Shown here piece after piece: positions 13,966-28,181 of a DNA stretch of 64,000 nt. Below the pieces are notes generated by a model, which had not been told where the DNA came from, ran no database searches, and saw only the letters and a list, made by a program, of their open reading frames with translations. Positions within the stretch are counted from its first letter, which is position 1, and each line of letters begins with the position of its first letter. The position numbers and the translations under genes were made by a program. This stretch comes from Lama glama (Eukaryota). Location of the stretch: the NCBI GenBank assembly GCA_028534125.1, contig CM052818.1:24492001-24556000 (forward strand), written 5' to 3'.

Positions 13966-15743
13966 CTGCCCAATATCATCTTTAAATGAACTTTACACAT
14001 CATTGATTGTACATGTTATTGTTTTATGTACCAGGAAAAAATAAATAGTACCCCCAAATAACTATGACACAGTGCTTTCTTATCACCTAAAAGTTTTATT
14101 TTTTTACTTAGTGTAAGAGACTCTCTCAGTCTTAATTAGATTTTTTCTTACTCCTTTCCATACACAATAAGGAAAATACATTGGGGAAAATGGCTATGTT
14201 AAAACTTTTCTTGTTCAGAGTTCAGCTCTTCTACACCACTCTGCAGTTCAGAATCCTGAAGGCTTGTGTTTTTCCACGTGAATCCCATTCAAGAGCATCA
14301 GTGATGTAGTGCCTCTTAAAGGAATCCATAAAAAGACTAAAACCCTTTGACTCCAGGCTCTTAAGAATACTGCAGTCACGTAGTGCTAACTTCCCTTTGA
14401 GTTCTGCTTCAGGAACACATCTGATTCTCCACTTTCTTCGAATTTTCCCCAACCATTTTGTTTCTAGGGGTGAAATGGGTGCTGTGCACTTTTGTCTCTG
14501 ATATTTTGTTCCAAGCCCTAATACTTATTCCGCTAGTTCAGATGTTCATGCTTTTGATGGCTGCCTTTTAGAGTGGTTAAAGGAAGTATTTGAGTTTTAT
14601 TTTTAATTTTTATTAGAACCTTCAGGCTTTCTCTGAACTTCTGGTGCCTAGATATATCATTATGATGAACTCTAATGTTCAGCACATTCTCACTTTGAGA
14701 TACTCATGACACCAGGTAGAAAACAATTCCTAAAATCAAAAAGACGGAAGCATCCTTAAGGCTTAGCCTTCATTTCAGCTGGCTGAAACTTGCATTTAAT
14801 AAGCATTGAAATCAAGGCATGAGTAAGAAGTGAATAATGCAATCACTCTTTGAGTTAATAGGATTTGGTGACAATAGCTTGATCGAATAATTACATTCAG
14901 GACAGATTAAAATAAATGTCTCGAGGTGATAAGTGACATCTTTTGATTCTAGAAGTAGATAGATGTTGAGGAAAGTGGCAGATACCCTGATTTTAAGACT
15001 AAAATTGAGTAACTTTTCACCACTCTGATATTTGTGATAACACTGGCTTATTTACACTGACGTTCCAGAACTCAGGTGGGGACACAGTCTAATGGTTCTT
15101 GGTTAGTTCCTCATAGCCTCAATCATTTTGCTGGTCTTACTATTTTTGCAAAGTAGAACTTTAGTTCCTTATTCCCTCTAAGTTTGCTGAATTCTCTGAA
15201 AACAACCTGATTTTCTATAGTTTTATTTTCTCCATTGAAATCTTTTCATTAAATGTGCTTAATTTCCATGTCTCAATGAGAATGTTCATGTCAACAAATC
15301 ATACAAGTACAACCCATTCCTTTGCCAGATCATATTTTTCTATGTCTAGGTAGGAGAGACTGATTACTGTACCCATGAGTCACAACTGAAGGAGAAAGGG
15401 GAAGAAGATTTATTTAAGCTCAAAACTTTCACATCGTACCTTAAGGTGCTTGAAGCATTCTGTAATCACTTATCTCAAAATGGGTTAACAGGCTAAATAT
15501 TTAGGCCTTGTTCTGCCTCTAGCACTTTTTAGACCTAAAAAAATGTATGTGTTTTTCAATAGAAATGAATAGGGAGCAGGCTGGTTCTCATTCTTTTATC
15601 TTTAGATTAATCCATCGTTTACAAATGGCTGTATGTTCAGCTGTTCAGCTAATATCCAGGTGTGAAAAGTAAAGCACTAAACTCTTGAAAAAGATTGTAT
15701 GAACAATGGGAAGAAGATGGAATAGCAAATTGCACCACTCAGT

Positions 15744-16000
15744 TCTGCACTGTCCAATATGCTGGCCGTGAGCCTCATGTGGCTGTTAAATAATTGAAAT
15801 GTGGCTAATCTACATTAAGAGTTGCTGCAACTGTGAAATACATCCCAGATTACGAAGGTTTAGTATGAAAAAAAGAATGTAAAGTGTCTCATTAACAAAT
15901 TTCATATTGGTTACATGTTAAGGTGATTTGGGGATATGTTAGATATATAAAATATATTCTTAAAATTAATTTTGCCTTTTCTCTTCACCTTTTAAAAAGT
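15744..16000 (+). mobile_element. MER33/MER3-like hAT DNA transposon relic
   Basis: CTGCACTGTCCAATATG...CATGTGGCT...TGAAATGTGGCTA...TTAGTATGAAAAAAAGAATGTAAA, matching the recalled MER33 consensus. Confidence 0.75.
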
Positions 16001-16563
16001 CATCTATTGTATTTCTTACCTTGGATTTCTATTGCACTGATCTGGCTAGCCTATTCGAAATGAGGCAACTTATCTAGTCTGCTCTGAAACCATCAGTGGT
16101 GCCAGAGGCATGGAGTCATTAAAATGGGGATAATCCATGGTCTGTCACTGGTTGAGCTTTGCAAATTTAATTAGCTAATGGAGCGCTGGCTAGAAACAAG
16201 GCCCATATGGTTGTTTTCCCTTCAGTTAAGGGCAAAAATGTGTAGTCACTTCTGCTGAAAACTGAATTATGTAGTTGTTATTGTCTTTACCCTTAATTAG
16301 GATGGAAAAATTATCTGAAAACCTCTAGTTGATTTTCTTAAAGGATCATAGGGGAAAGAAGATAAATTTAAAATGCCCTTATAGGCTTATAGGAATTTTC
16401 AGACCTTGGAATTTTCTATAAATGTCACATCTGGAATAATTCCCCCATTCTTATTAAGTAAGTAGCAGTCTAAACCAATCGTAAAAGAGAACGAGGTAAC
16501 CCAAGTTTAAGGTGTTTTCTGAACAGACATTCATACTGTCTGAATAGCAAGAAATAGTTTTTA

Positions 16564-16841
16564 TTTTTATTTATTTTTTAACATTTTTTATTGATTTATA
16601 ATCATTTCACAATGTTGTGTCAAATTCCAGTGTAGAGCACAATTTTTCAGTTATACATGAACGTATCTGTATTCATTGTCACATTTTTTTCTCTGTGAGC
16701 TACTATAAGATCTTGTGTATATTTCCCTGTGCTATGCAGTACAATCTTGTTTATCTGTTCTACAACTTTGAAATCCCAGTCTGTCTCTTCCCACCCCCCA
16801 CCCCCTTGGCAACCACAAGTTTGTATTCTATGTCTGTGAGT
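16564..16841 (-). mobile_element. Young 5'-truncated L1 (3' UTR and poly-A)
   Basis: Perfect 16-bp TSD CAAGAAATAGTTTTTA at 16548-16563 and 16842-16857; highly similar to 33490-33617. Confidence 0.9.
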
Positions 16842-19476
16842 CAAGAAATAGTTTTTAAAAGCGTGTAACCGTGTTTCAAATGTCATCTAAAGAACACACA
16901 GATGTTTCTCCATTTTTTTCCTTCCTCTCTTAAACTCGGTTTGTAAAAGTGTTTTGAACCCCCACCGTGTTAGGATGTTGGAACCTAGATTAAAGGAAAC
17001 TCCCCCATGAGCAGCACTGAATTTGTTCATCTTTTCCCATTTTATTATTCTATTAGTGTTCTCCAGATGTTGTAATTAGTATTTTTGGCTAAGACACCTC
17101 TGATTCTTGCAGGTCTCTTGGACAACTAATAGAAGCCTTGGTTGTAGGCATGCTACGGATGGCATTTTTTGAGTCCAGGGATTTAGAAATAGCTCATAGA
17201 TGTGGCACATTTTCTATCTAGGTTTCGCTGGCAGTCAAACTGGGGTAGATGGAAAGAGCCAACGACAGTGTCATGTTCTGGGGGACCAGAATGCCTGATT
17301 TCTAAATACAGTACAGAAAAGTTCTGTAGCTGTAAACTACTCCCATCTTTTATGACCTTTAATTTGTTTATCTCTGGATTTACTGTAAGCCTCTTTCCAT
17401 TTGCTAATGAAAGATGTGTCTCCAGGTTATTACCCCCAGGATCAGGAATGCAGAGTTTCTAATAAGTGACATTTAGAAGGAATTGCAAGTAAACATGCCT
17501 AAGGAGGCCTGGGCAAAGTGGCACTCAGTTAGGGAGAATGAGGGAAGGCAACCTAAAGGTGTTCTTTTGTTTTATGGAACGTGAGGAGTTGGCATAAATG
17601 CAACATTCCCATGTGATTGTCCGAGTGGGCTTCAAGCAGAGCATGGCTGTGAGGTCGCCGAGTGCTTTAACGTAGCCAGTCAGCTCCCTCGTCTCATTAC
17701 AGGAACACTCTTTAAAGCGTGCCTAAAGTGTCTTATGTAGGTGCCCCTCGGGTTGGCATTAGCTTCCTGCAGAACCAGCAAGATACTCTATTTGGGCCTA
17801 GAGACAGTTTCTTAGTCATGATCACCTGGTTTCAAACCAAAGGGTAACTGCAGTTCATGAACAGTGACTTTTTAATGAAGTGACATGTTGATTGTCTGGA
17901 GCCATGAGTCCTTTGACTCCATGAGGTGAGCTGCTTCTGGCTTGAGTGGGTGTCCAGTTTAGCTCCGGTGGGCCTCTAAACCCTGCTAAGTTTGTGTTGT
18001 CGGTCTCAGTGCTTTCTGCAAACACTTTTTTAGAGTAGGGGGAGTGGTATTGGCCCAGAAGAAAAAAATATTTAGATATATAGCCATTATTACATATTCT
18101 GATTCAGTAAATATTTCTTGATTGTGTTCCCTTCTCTTTAGAAATGCGAAGTGAAGCAGACAGAGATTTTGTTCTCAAAGCATTTATAATCCCTTACTGG
18201 TGATCAGGCAGGAACAAACTCACCCTGTAAATCAGAAAGTGGTATAGGCCATGTGAATTTACAAGAAAGGTGTGATGGTAAATTCAGATTAGAAAGGAGT
18301 ATTTTTGTATGATGAATCAGAGATGGCTGTGTGGAGGAGTTGGCCTTATAGCTGTATCTTAAAGGACTGAGTGGGCTTTGGACACGCAAAGACGCTGAAG
18401 AAGGATGCTTGAGGTGGGGAGAATAGCACCAGAAAGTGAACGCAGTCAGATCCCAGTGAGAACTTGAAACACTTGGACGTGTTCGCCTGACTACGCACTG
18501 AGTTGACGACATTGGGTTCATGCCCATCCTTTGCTCTTTGCATGGTGCTGATGTAATCTCTAAAAACCCCTCCTCTAAGGAGAATAGACCAGAAAAAGGT
18601 CTGGGGCATACACCCACGCTTATATATGAAACATCCAGCACTTCCTGTGACCAATCAGCTTTCCGTGCTCCAGAGTGTTCCTTTGCTTTACATGATCCAT
18701 ATCAGCATAAGTTTCTTCAAATCAGAATATCCAGGAACCTCTAAGTTTGCATTTCCAGAGCCAAAGCTCAGTAAAATATCACGCAGTCCTTCAGGGAAAG
18801 TGGAAATGTGCCTGTACTTTCAGTCTGAATCTGTGGTTCTTAACTGGAGATGATTTTTGCCAAAGTTGATTATCTAGATCAAGTTTATTCCCATTTCTTC
18901 CCCCAAGTAAAATACCTACCTTAAAATCTCTGGTTTCAAGGAATAGAGAATCTCAAATTTACACTAAAAAAAAAAATCAGTAAATTCAGTTTTAGTTTGG
19001 TTCCAGAGCCAAAGAGCTTTCAATGAGTAAGAAACACTGATTATAGCCTGACTTATCATACTTTGACTCAGTCATAAGAGACTGATGATCAGACCCATGA
19101 GAAACAATGGTGGCCTTCTCTTGCATGTCATAGTAATCTTGAAGGAGAAGTATATTATTGATGGATAATTTTTTGCTTTTTTTTCTAAGAGAATGGGGTC
19201 CCCATTCAAGAATGGTGTAATATTTGTGACTTTTTGGTTTTATAATTTATACCCTACTTTGACCCTTTTTTCTTTTTGCTTAAAAGGCACAAGAAAAATA
19301 AAAGAGAGAGAATAAAACAAGAGAGGGAATTTGTCAAAAGAGATATGCTGTCATTGTAATAATAACATATTAGTATGTTTCACTAGCCTTGTTCACAGTC
19401 ACTGGTTTTGTCATAGGTAACTAGCTAAGTGGATTGTTTTTTCCAATACGAATCTTTCATTTAAAAAATTATAGGT

Positions 19477-19600
19477 GGTTGGAGGTACAGCTCAGTGATA
19501 GAGCCCATGCTTAGCATGGCTAGGTTCTGGGTTCAATCCTAGGTATCTCCACTGAAAAATAATAATTAAAAAATTTTTTTAATTAAAATTTAAAAAATTA
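19477..19600 (+). mobile_element. tRNA-derived SINE
   Basis: GGTACAGCTCAGTGATAGAGCCCATGCTTAGCATG...GGGTTCAATCC; AT-rich tail. Confidence 0.87.
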
Positions 19601-21386
19601 TTATAGATAATTAGAAGTATGAGGTCAATTAAAGGAAAAATCTCTAAAACCAAAAGAGTTCTTTCCTTCTATAGGCTTATTGTAGTAGTTTGAAGAGTTT
19701 TAGTGACTCAGTCAGCAAGGGATGTCCTCTTCTGGCATTTTACCCTGAGGTTGACCTATCTGAGGCTGACTCCTGTTAGTGCCTGCAGTTCTTGATCCCC
19801 AAACCTATCATCAAGGCCACAGTGATGATAAAGCAAGGGGGACTGCAGGAGAGATAAAGGAGAGAGGAGGAACGAACCTTCCAAAATAATGGTCTCCTTG
19901 TGCTGAGTCCATATGGATTCTGACTCAGAAATTGGAATGTTATCTTACAAGTTCCAAATGTTGAATGGATCAGATAGTGTTTATGATGCTCTTAAGCACT
20001 GGACCCTAAATTAATTCAAGGTCACTAGGGCCCAAGAAGGAAGGGAAAAGAAAACAGGCAAGAAAAGAGTTCCAGCCAATGAGATCTTCTACCTACCACA
20101 AGAAGAAGTACCTGTCATTTACTCCAGGAATCAAAGAAATCACTAGAGAGGGTGTCTTATGTTGCAGTGGCTTAAAATACACTGCAGAGAGATCTGGAGA
20201 TACGTAGGCTGGGAGCCAGCTATGGAATGCCCTGAGAAAATCTTAGCTCCTCCTCTAGTTTGTGCTTGGCAAGCCCTCTGGAAAGATCTAGCTCATCCTC
20301 TCCATGACAGTATACAGAGGAGCATTAGTGCGATCTGTTTAAGAGTGATGTAAGCTGACTTTGTTATGAAAACAATGTAACTCTAACATTGGAATGACAT
20401 CTGGTCTGTGCCACAGCTCTTTCAGGATGAATGATAATGGTGGGGGAGAGAGACTTGCCTTTGCCAAATATGGCCATTGATGAGTAAATGCTTTATTTCT
20501 CTCCCACTTCCCCTGTTAAGACTGGAACTAAGAACAAGAGCCTAAAGTAAGTCTTGTCAATTTCCAAATGATCAGTTACCCTGTAGAATCAGCAACGTGT
20601 GTCAAAATGCACAAACTCTGGGGCTGAGTTTTTACAGTTGTGTTTTTCTACATGAGGAGAGGAATTTTGAGGAGGATGTCATTTGCTGGCCAGTGGTATA
20701 GGAAAATTTGCTCTGCTTACTTCCAGAATCCTAATTCAAAAGTTCTGGGCTATGCAAAGAAGGATTTGTACCATAGAAGAATTTTGCATAATCATTAAAG
20801 CCTTCCTTGGTTGTCTGATCATTATTCTGGAGCAGTATCAATCCCTTAGAAAACAAATCCTGTTGGCTGCCAGCATTTTGATCACCTGTGATACAGTACA
20901 GACCTATGATCCTTATGGAGGTCAATTCTTGGTAGTTGGACAGTGATAGATCAAGAGTGTCATCTGTTGGTCTAGAGGAATGCTACTCCAGGAGAGCGCA
21001 CAGCCCCTGCACTCCAGGTTCCCCCTAAGCAAGCCAGTGATCCAATGGTAATGCCGTCAAGCTTCCCAAAATGAGTAGTGGGTTTCCATTTCTACCACTG
21101 CCATAGAGCTGTATAATGCAAATTATATTATTTGATTCCTCGGTGTTCTAGGATTCTGAGTAGGTACCACCATATATTCTGAATCTGATGACTAAAAATA
21201 CAGAAATATTTGTAGCCTCACTTTGAAATGGGATCATGTTAATTTTTGGAGTTTTAAAACTGAACAACTTTCTGTTATGTTAGCAGCCAATTTCTGTATT
21301 TATTAAGTGCATTACCAGTGAATTTTAAAATATAATTTTTAAATAAATCGTATAAAATATAATTGACCATCAAGAAACTTACAATC

Positions 21387-21800
21387 AGCAACAACATGGA
21401 TGGACCTAGAAATTATCATACTAAGTGAAGTAAGTCAGACAGAGAAAGGCAAGTATCATATGATATCACTTACCTGTGGAACCTAACAAAAAAGGTACAA
21501 ATGAACTTATTTACAAAACAGAAGGAGACTGACTCACAGACATAGAAGACAAACTTATGGTCACCAAAGGGGAAGGGCAGGGAAAGGGATAAATTGGGAG
21601 TTTGGGATTAGCAGATTCAAACTACTATATATAAAATAGATAAACAACAAGGTCCTAATGTATAGCACAGGGAACTGCATTCAATATCTTATAATAACCT
21701 ATAATGCAAAAGAATATATGTGTATAACTGAATCACTAAACTGTATACCAGAAACTAACACAACATTGTAAATCAACTGTATTTCCATTGAAAAAAGAAA
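21387..21800 (+). mobile_element. L1 3' end (ORF2 C-terminus and 3' UTR)
   Basis: GCAACAACATGGATGGACCTAGAAATTATCATACTAAGTGAAGTAAGTCAGACAGAG (ATTWMDLEIIILSEVSQ), ending in an A run. Confidence 0.9.
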
Positions 21801-22654
21801 CATAATTCAGAATCATGTTATGGACCCTTAAACAGATCCTCGTTCAAGTCCTTTGGGTTTTTTTTCCTTCAGTTGACTTTCCATAGAACTGTAATTCCTA
21901 TGGAAGCTCGAAGCATTGAGCACAGAGAAATCCCCTAAACTTCATCTCCATAGTAAGAAGGACTGACAGTTGATGTGAGTTTGAGCATCATAATGAAAGC
22001 CTGGGAACTCATTTTAGAGTTACTCTTCAGGGCAGTTAGTGCCTAAACAGGGACCCTCCTCAGTGTCACGGCAGTGTCCTCATTAACATGCTTCCAAATA
22101 CGTTTTGGGTACAACTGGAGAGTAGATCTAATGCCGAGGCCTCTGACTTGGCGGTTTATTCTCCTTGTGTTTCACACCACTGTGGATTTTTTTTTTTCAC
22201 TGTGGATTACAATCCATATTGACACTCTGGGTTGGTTTTACTAAATGCAGTCTTTAAAAAAAATCAATAAATGATTTTCTCATAGCCAACGAAATTAATA
22301 ATACTTGAAATATTTTATAGCGCTTCGTGAGTGAGTTAGACATGACACCAAGTGTTTGGGGCATTTCAGACATCACGGTACATAAACATCTCGTGTTGAT
22401 ATTTATATATCATCTTCTAGGCAAAGGAAATGCAAATAAGAATTCTGGTGAGTAACATTCCCTGAAAAACATCCAGCCAATTAAGCTGGCGTGCACGAGA
22501 CTAATGCTCCACTCCAAACGCAGCTGTTTCCCAAGTGAAGAGGGTTTTTGCTACCGATATCTTCCCTACCACTAACTCCCCCTCTATTTTGAATTCCTAT
22601 GTTTTACCCATGTTTACCCATGTATTTATATATTTTGTTGAAACTACCATAAAA

Positions 22655-22968
22655 TAAATGCCATATGATAGCGTTTATATGTGGAATCTTTAAAAAAGGA
22701 CACAAATGAACTTATCTACAAAACAGAACAGACTCACAGACATGGAGAACAAACTTATGGTTACAAGGGGGTAAAGGGGGTGGGAAGGGATAAATTGGGA
22801 ATTCAAAAATTGCACTTCTTGGGGAATGATGGGAAAGTTAGCTATCTTGATTGTGGTGGTGGTTTCATGGGTGTATACATCCATAAAAATTAATCAAATT
22901 GTGCATCTGAAATATGTGTAGTTTACTGTACAGGAACCATGCCACAATAAAGGTGTTTAAAAAAATAA
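22655..22968 (+). mobile_element. L1 3'-UTR fragments, probably two families adjoined
   Basis: 22655-22805 resembles 21450-21605; 22820-22968 resembles an older L1M 3' end with AATAAA. Confidence 0.7.
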
Positions 22969-25900
22969 AGGAAGAGACCACCACAAATTCATTTGAGAAG
23001 TTAATATATACCCAACCTTTTAAAATTAAGGTAGAAATAAATTTAGGGATATAATTCCATCTTGCATATTTTACAGAGAAGTAGGCTCAGAGATCCCCAA
23101 TATTTCCTTCTGCCCAAAGGCATGACTAGACTTGGTAGGTCTTTGTGGAAGTTTGGAGCTGACCGAAACTCCTCGGTCCTCTGCTTCTCTCCACCTGGCT
23201 AATTCTGACAGGCATTCATGGGAGTCCTTCTGACCTCTGTTCAGTTTGGCACTAAAGGCAACTGAGAGAACTAACAATACAGGGGGGAGGCACTGTCTTT
23301 CCTCCACAAAAGCCATCCCCAGGGAGCATTCTTGGGCAATCATTCTCTCCTGGAACTTGAGCAACAGATCTGGTCTTGAATCTTAAAGATAATACCACCC
23401 TCTTCGTTTCACAAACTGGGGGGGGGGGGGGGAATGGAGCAGGATGAGAAAAGTTCCAAACAGGAAAGAGTCTTGGATGCAATCAGTTTCACTCTGAATA
23501 CTCAGTATTGCTGGACAGACCTTGTTTACAAAAGAGTTTGGGAAATGGACGTGAACCCAAGAACATGTCCACCAGAGACTGAGTGTACAATCCAGAGGTG
23601 GGTATGAGAGACAGGTCTCTTGCTAAAGAGGGAAAGTGCCTCATTTTATCATAACTCTCTGCTTCATTAAAAAATGCATTTCCTGGGCTGTTTTATTCAT
23701 AAAACTCAGCATGGATGTTAAGAAATCATTGATGGCTCAGAAATTGGCATGTACTTCCTAAGGAACATTTCTCCTCATAAAGTCTTTAGCATTTGTGGTT
23801 TACTAGTTCCATTTCCAGCTTTAGACGCTGCACCATAAAATTATAGCTCCATCCTGAGGCACCAGCTGTCATTTCTGCCCATAATCTCTGGGCTCAGAGA
23901 AAATAGCACAGTTACCCACATGCAAGGAAAGTGGATCCCTCGGTAAATGCTAAATTTATCAGGAAGGATGTCACTATTGAAACACACTGACAATTATTTT
24001 ATCTGGCCCCCAAATAGGAACTGGGGCAAATGACTTTGCATGGAGTAGCGCCAGACAAACCTGGTCCAATTCCACAGTAATAAATGCCAGGGTTCATTTT
24101 CTTTGCAGCCACTGATGTATGAGATACATACAGGAGCATCTGCATGAGGTCTTCTAACGGACAGTCACACAGGCTGCAGAACAAATCAATCTACCATAAA
24201 GAATACCGTCCTCTGCCGAGTGCTTCACAGACTTTGTAATTCTAAGAGCTTATTTATGAATTTTTAGCACTAATCAATGTACCGAGAATAGACTTGATGG
24301 AAAATTTACCTGCCATGCTAAAATGGGCAGTATCCTCAAGGGTCACAAAGAACCACCTTTTGCTTTTAGCTACAGACGATATGATATCTGATCAATCTAG
24401 GAAAGTGTTATGGAAAAGGATACATTTCATAAACTGTTTAAATGTGGGGAGTGAGACAGATACGGGAGATGGTTTTTTTAAGACCCTGCTTTTAATGATA
24501 TTTGCTGTTGAGACTAGTGAAACATTTTCCTAGTGCCAATTGATGGCTCATTGTCTTAGAATTACTAGGGGAGCTTTTTCAGATTGTAGATTCCCCCAGG
24601 CACCCTTCACCTACACATCCAAGGTTCTGATTCTACAATAAGGAACAGAAATCTATATATATTTTTTAAAGCTCTGCAGGAAAGTCTGGTGCATCAGAGT
24701 AGCTGGATTGGAGGAACCATAGGTCTGTTATTATATTCCTTCAATAAACCTCAAGACTCACAAGTTCAGAATCTGACTTCTCATGATGCCAAGAGTCTTG
24801 TTCTCACTAAGAATCTGCTTCTTAAGTTTTACTCCGTGCTTAAGTTTTCTCAGCTCACTTCTCAGGATAGTCACCATTCATTATGACTTTCCCCTGCTAC
24901 ATGCCATCTCACTCACTTTCTTTTTCAGTACACCGCCAACAACATTACTACCGCAAAATCTTCCCTTGTCTCCCATCAAATTGCTGCGTAAATCATCTCT
25001 TTGTCTTTATTTCCAATAGTCTTCTCTTGGCCCAAATCATGAACTCTTTTTTTCTCTATAATTGTGTGTCTTCTGACTTTGTCATTTACAGCCTCCCTCT
25101 TCAAGTTAAAGGACATCCTGTCCTAAGCTTCAAGGACCCAGCAATTTCTTAGAATTCCTGTGGTAATTGATGCCTTGGTCTGTTTGTCTGTCTCTTTCCT
25201 ATTTTTCACACTGTTACCAGAAGTATGTAGTGTAGGGGTTTGTATTTCTTGCTTTTTCCTTCTAAAGTCACTCCTCTGGAGAAAATCTAGCAGCTCGCAT
25301 TAATGACTTCAATTTCCATCTCAATATGCATGACAAATATATAGAGACTTCTCATCTAGACACTTCATCTTTACTGAAAACCCATATTCCATACATTCTT
25401 TAAGACATTGCCCATCATGGCTTGGATTAAATATATCTGGACTAAAACTTATTATCTTCTCCCCACAAAATTCCTTAACGTTCCATATCATGAAGTTAGC
25501 TACCTCTAGCGCTTAGGAAACACCATTTACTTAAATATCCTATAGTTATAGATTGTCTTAAAGAAAGATATAACCACCATCAGAAGATGTTTGGGAAGAA
25601 GCAGGTAGAAAGAGCCCAAGGAAAAGGAGTTGTGGTGGCTGTGATTTTTTTTCTCCAAATACTTTCTCAGCCTTATCCCTTTCTTCTGGTTCTCCACAAA
25701 CCCAAACTGACTCCAATCAACTGTCTCCTCCCCATTCTACCCTGATCTTAAGTAAGACGGATTTCAGAAACACTAGCCTAACCCTCTGGGCCTCAGCATC
25801 ACAATAAGCTTGTTGACCATCAGATTCTGACCTGTCCTCCAATAGTCCAGACCAAACACTATGGAATTGCTGTGCATCCTATGTTTTCTAGGCACTCAGG

Positions 25901-26607
25901 GGGAAAAAAAATAGTAAACTTCTAGATTTCTAAAACCGATCTGAAAGTCAGGTTTGATTTCCTCTCTGGTCTCTGCCTTCCTGTCTTGATTTCATGACTT
26001 TAGTTTATCCTAAATGAAGACGTATCCTTCCTGTACTAAGTTCCCTTGGAGGCTTGGTGCCTCTCCCAGGTGAGGACAGGGTTCTGCTACACAATGTTGT
26101 ATGCAGCCCTTTGTCCTTGGAACTCTTGGTGATGCTTTATCCTCAAGTCCACATCACGCATTTCCATGCTTTCTTGCCCATCTGACTCAGTGGCTTACCT
26201 GGCTCCCATCCAGCATGTAGTTCCACAGTTTCTGGGAGCTGTGTTTCCCTGCTTTGGAATGGACCTCCTCCACCTTTGGTGGCCTTGTACAGCCACACCC
26301 TGCTCTAGTCCAGTGGACAGATCACCTTCCAGTCCCGTCCTCTCCCCAGTCCACTTCATCCGTGATGAGTCAGGCCTGGCCCTCGAACATAACACCCACT
26401 GTTACAGCCGAACCTTCGTTGTCTCTTTGCCTTCAACCTCTCCCTGCTCCTGTCTGACTAACACGAAGACATGCAAAGAACAGATGCCATTTTATTCACG
26501 CCTCCAATCCTTTTACATTTCATTTGCCGCCTGTAGTAAATTGCTCTTTCTCATCATAGACGTCAAGACACTTTGCTCCTTCTGTTTTCTGTCTCTCTCT
26601 TGCTCTC

Positions 26608-26628
26608 CACACACACACACACACACAC
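26608..26628. repeat. (CA)~10 microsatellite
   Basis: cacacacacacacacacacac. Confidence 0.9.
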
Positions 26629-28026
26629 TGCTGAGATTCACTTTTCTCGGGGACCTCTCACTGTATCAGGAGAATGGTACTATCTTCACCCTTTCCCATA
26701 TCCCAACCTGTAAATTTCCATTTCATTACATCATTTTGGTTATATTCTCTCACCACTCCTCCTGCCAATACTATTTAAGATAGTATAATGTGATAGCAAT
26801 TTTCCACGGAGATCATAAACCTGAGACTTCGGTTTTTTGATAGTTCCATTTAAAAACTTAATGTATACTTCTAGATGGCATTTTGTCACAAGGCTGGCCA
26901 AAACCACTCACAGTTGATAAAAATAACATGAAATACATGTTCAGACCTGAACTGATGGTAGATAATTAGGTTTTCTGTTCATGAAACTCAGATCAGTGTC
27001 AACAATTTGATGATGTTTTCTCCAGCACAAGTTGCATTTTACCGCCTCCGTCTTGCTGTAAGAAATTGATGTTGCAGGCAAAAGGAGGAACTCCAAGAGA
27101 CCATTTCATGGAATTTCCCTTTGTTTGCTCTAACCCACAGACATGTTTTCAAGAAGGTGAAGTTTCAGAAAAGAAATTAAAGTAGGAAATCAAGGTCTCT
27201 CTAATTTTTTCAGCTTTGACAGAAGTTTACTGGAGGCCGGGAGCCGAATGCTTTCTCAGAACGTGCTGCCGGATGGGTCTCTGGCTGGATATTCCCACAG
27301 GGGCTTCGGGCTTCGCCTGTCCAGGGGAGAGCATTTTCTCCATGGCTGTTTCCCTGTCCCTCTCCTTTGCTTTCTTTCCCTTCTTCTACAACACAGGCTT
27401 TATCCCAGAATTAGATTGATTATCCTGAAGGTCAAAATTGATCATGGCAGTCCATAGTCAAAAAGGCTCTTTGGCTCTTTATTACTGAACTGTGCCCACG
27501 TGACTTAATATTTCTGCTGACCCCAGTCTCCCTTTCTGGATACACCTCCCACCAACCGTCCTCCATGTAAACGTTCGTGGGAAGCGGGAGCCAGACAGCA
27601 TCTCACGCTCCACCAACGTGCACGGCCATTATTTGCAGCAAGTTGTTTTTTCTTCTTTTGTCTTTAAGCCTTCACTGCATTTCTGCTTGACAAAGCTCTA
27701 CTCTTTCTTCCAGACCCAGTCCAATTATTCCTGCCACTGGTAAGTTCCCCACCCTTTGAGCTCCCACAGCACAGAGCCCATACGTATATTTAACACTTGT
27801 GGAGGTGGGCAGTCTTTGGTTTACATGCCTGTCACTCATCAAAGCTGTGGATTTGTATTCCTGTTTTTATTCCTGACACCTCATGAGGGCCTAACACGTG
27901 GTTGGATACTGGGTAAAGGTTTGTGGAATGGCCAGACAAAACAACATGCCATAGGAATCTGACATGTGCCTGACCAGGTATCTTGGCCCTTCCTTAAGAA
28001 GCACACATAGTGTGTTAAAATCCAAC

Positions 28027-28181
28027 GGGAGTGTAGCTCAGTGGTAGAGTACCCTAGCATGCATGAGGTCCTGGGTTCAATCCCCAGGGCCTCCATTAAA
28101 AAATAAATAAATAAACATGATTACCTGCCTCCCAACAAAATTTTTTAAAATAACAAAAATACATAAAGATAAAATTTTAAA
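28027..28181 (+). mobile_element. tRNA-derived SINE
   Basis: GGGAGTGTAGCTCAGTGGTAGAG...GAGGTCCTGGGTTCAATCCCCAG; AAAATCCA on both flanks. Confidence 0.9.

Noticed and set aside
26166..26783. 205-aa ORF
   Set aside because: No recognisable domain, runs through a (CA)n repeat and is intronic; most likely a chance ORF
28027..28100. Functional tRNA-Ala gene (also 400, 7030, 13890, 19480, 63140)
   Set aside because: Diverged stems, A-rich tails and TSDs mark these as SINE copies
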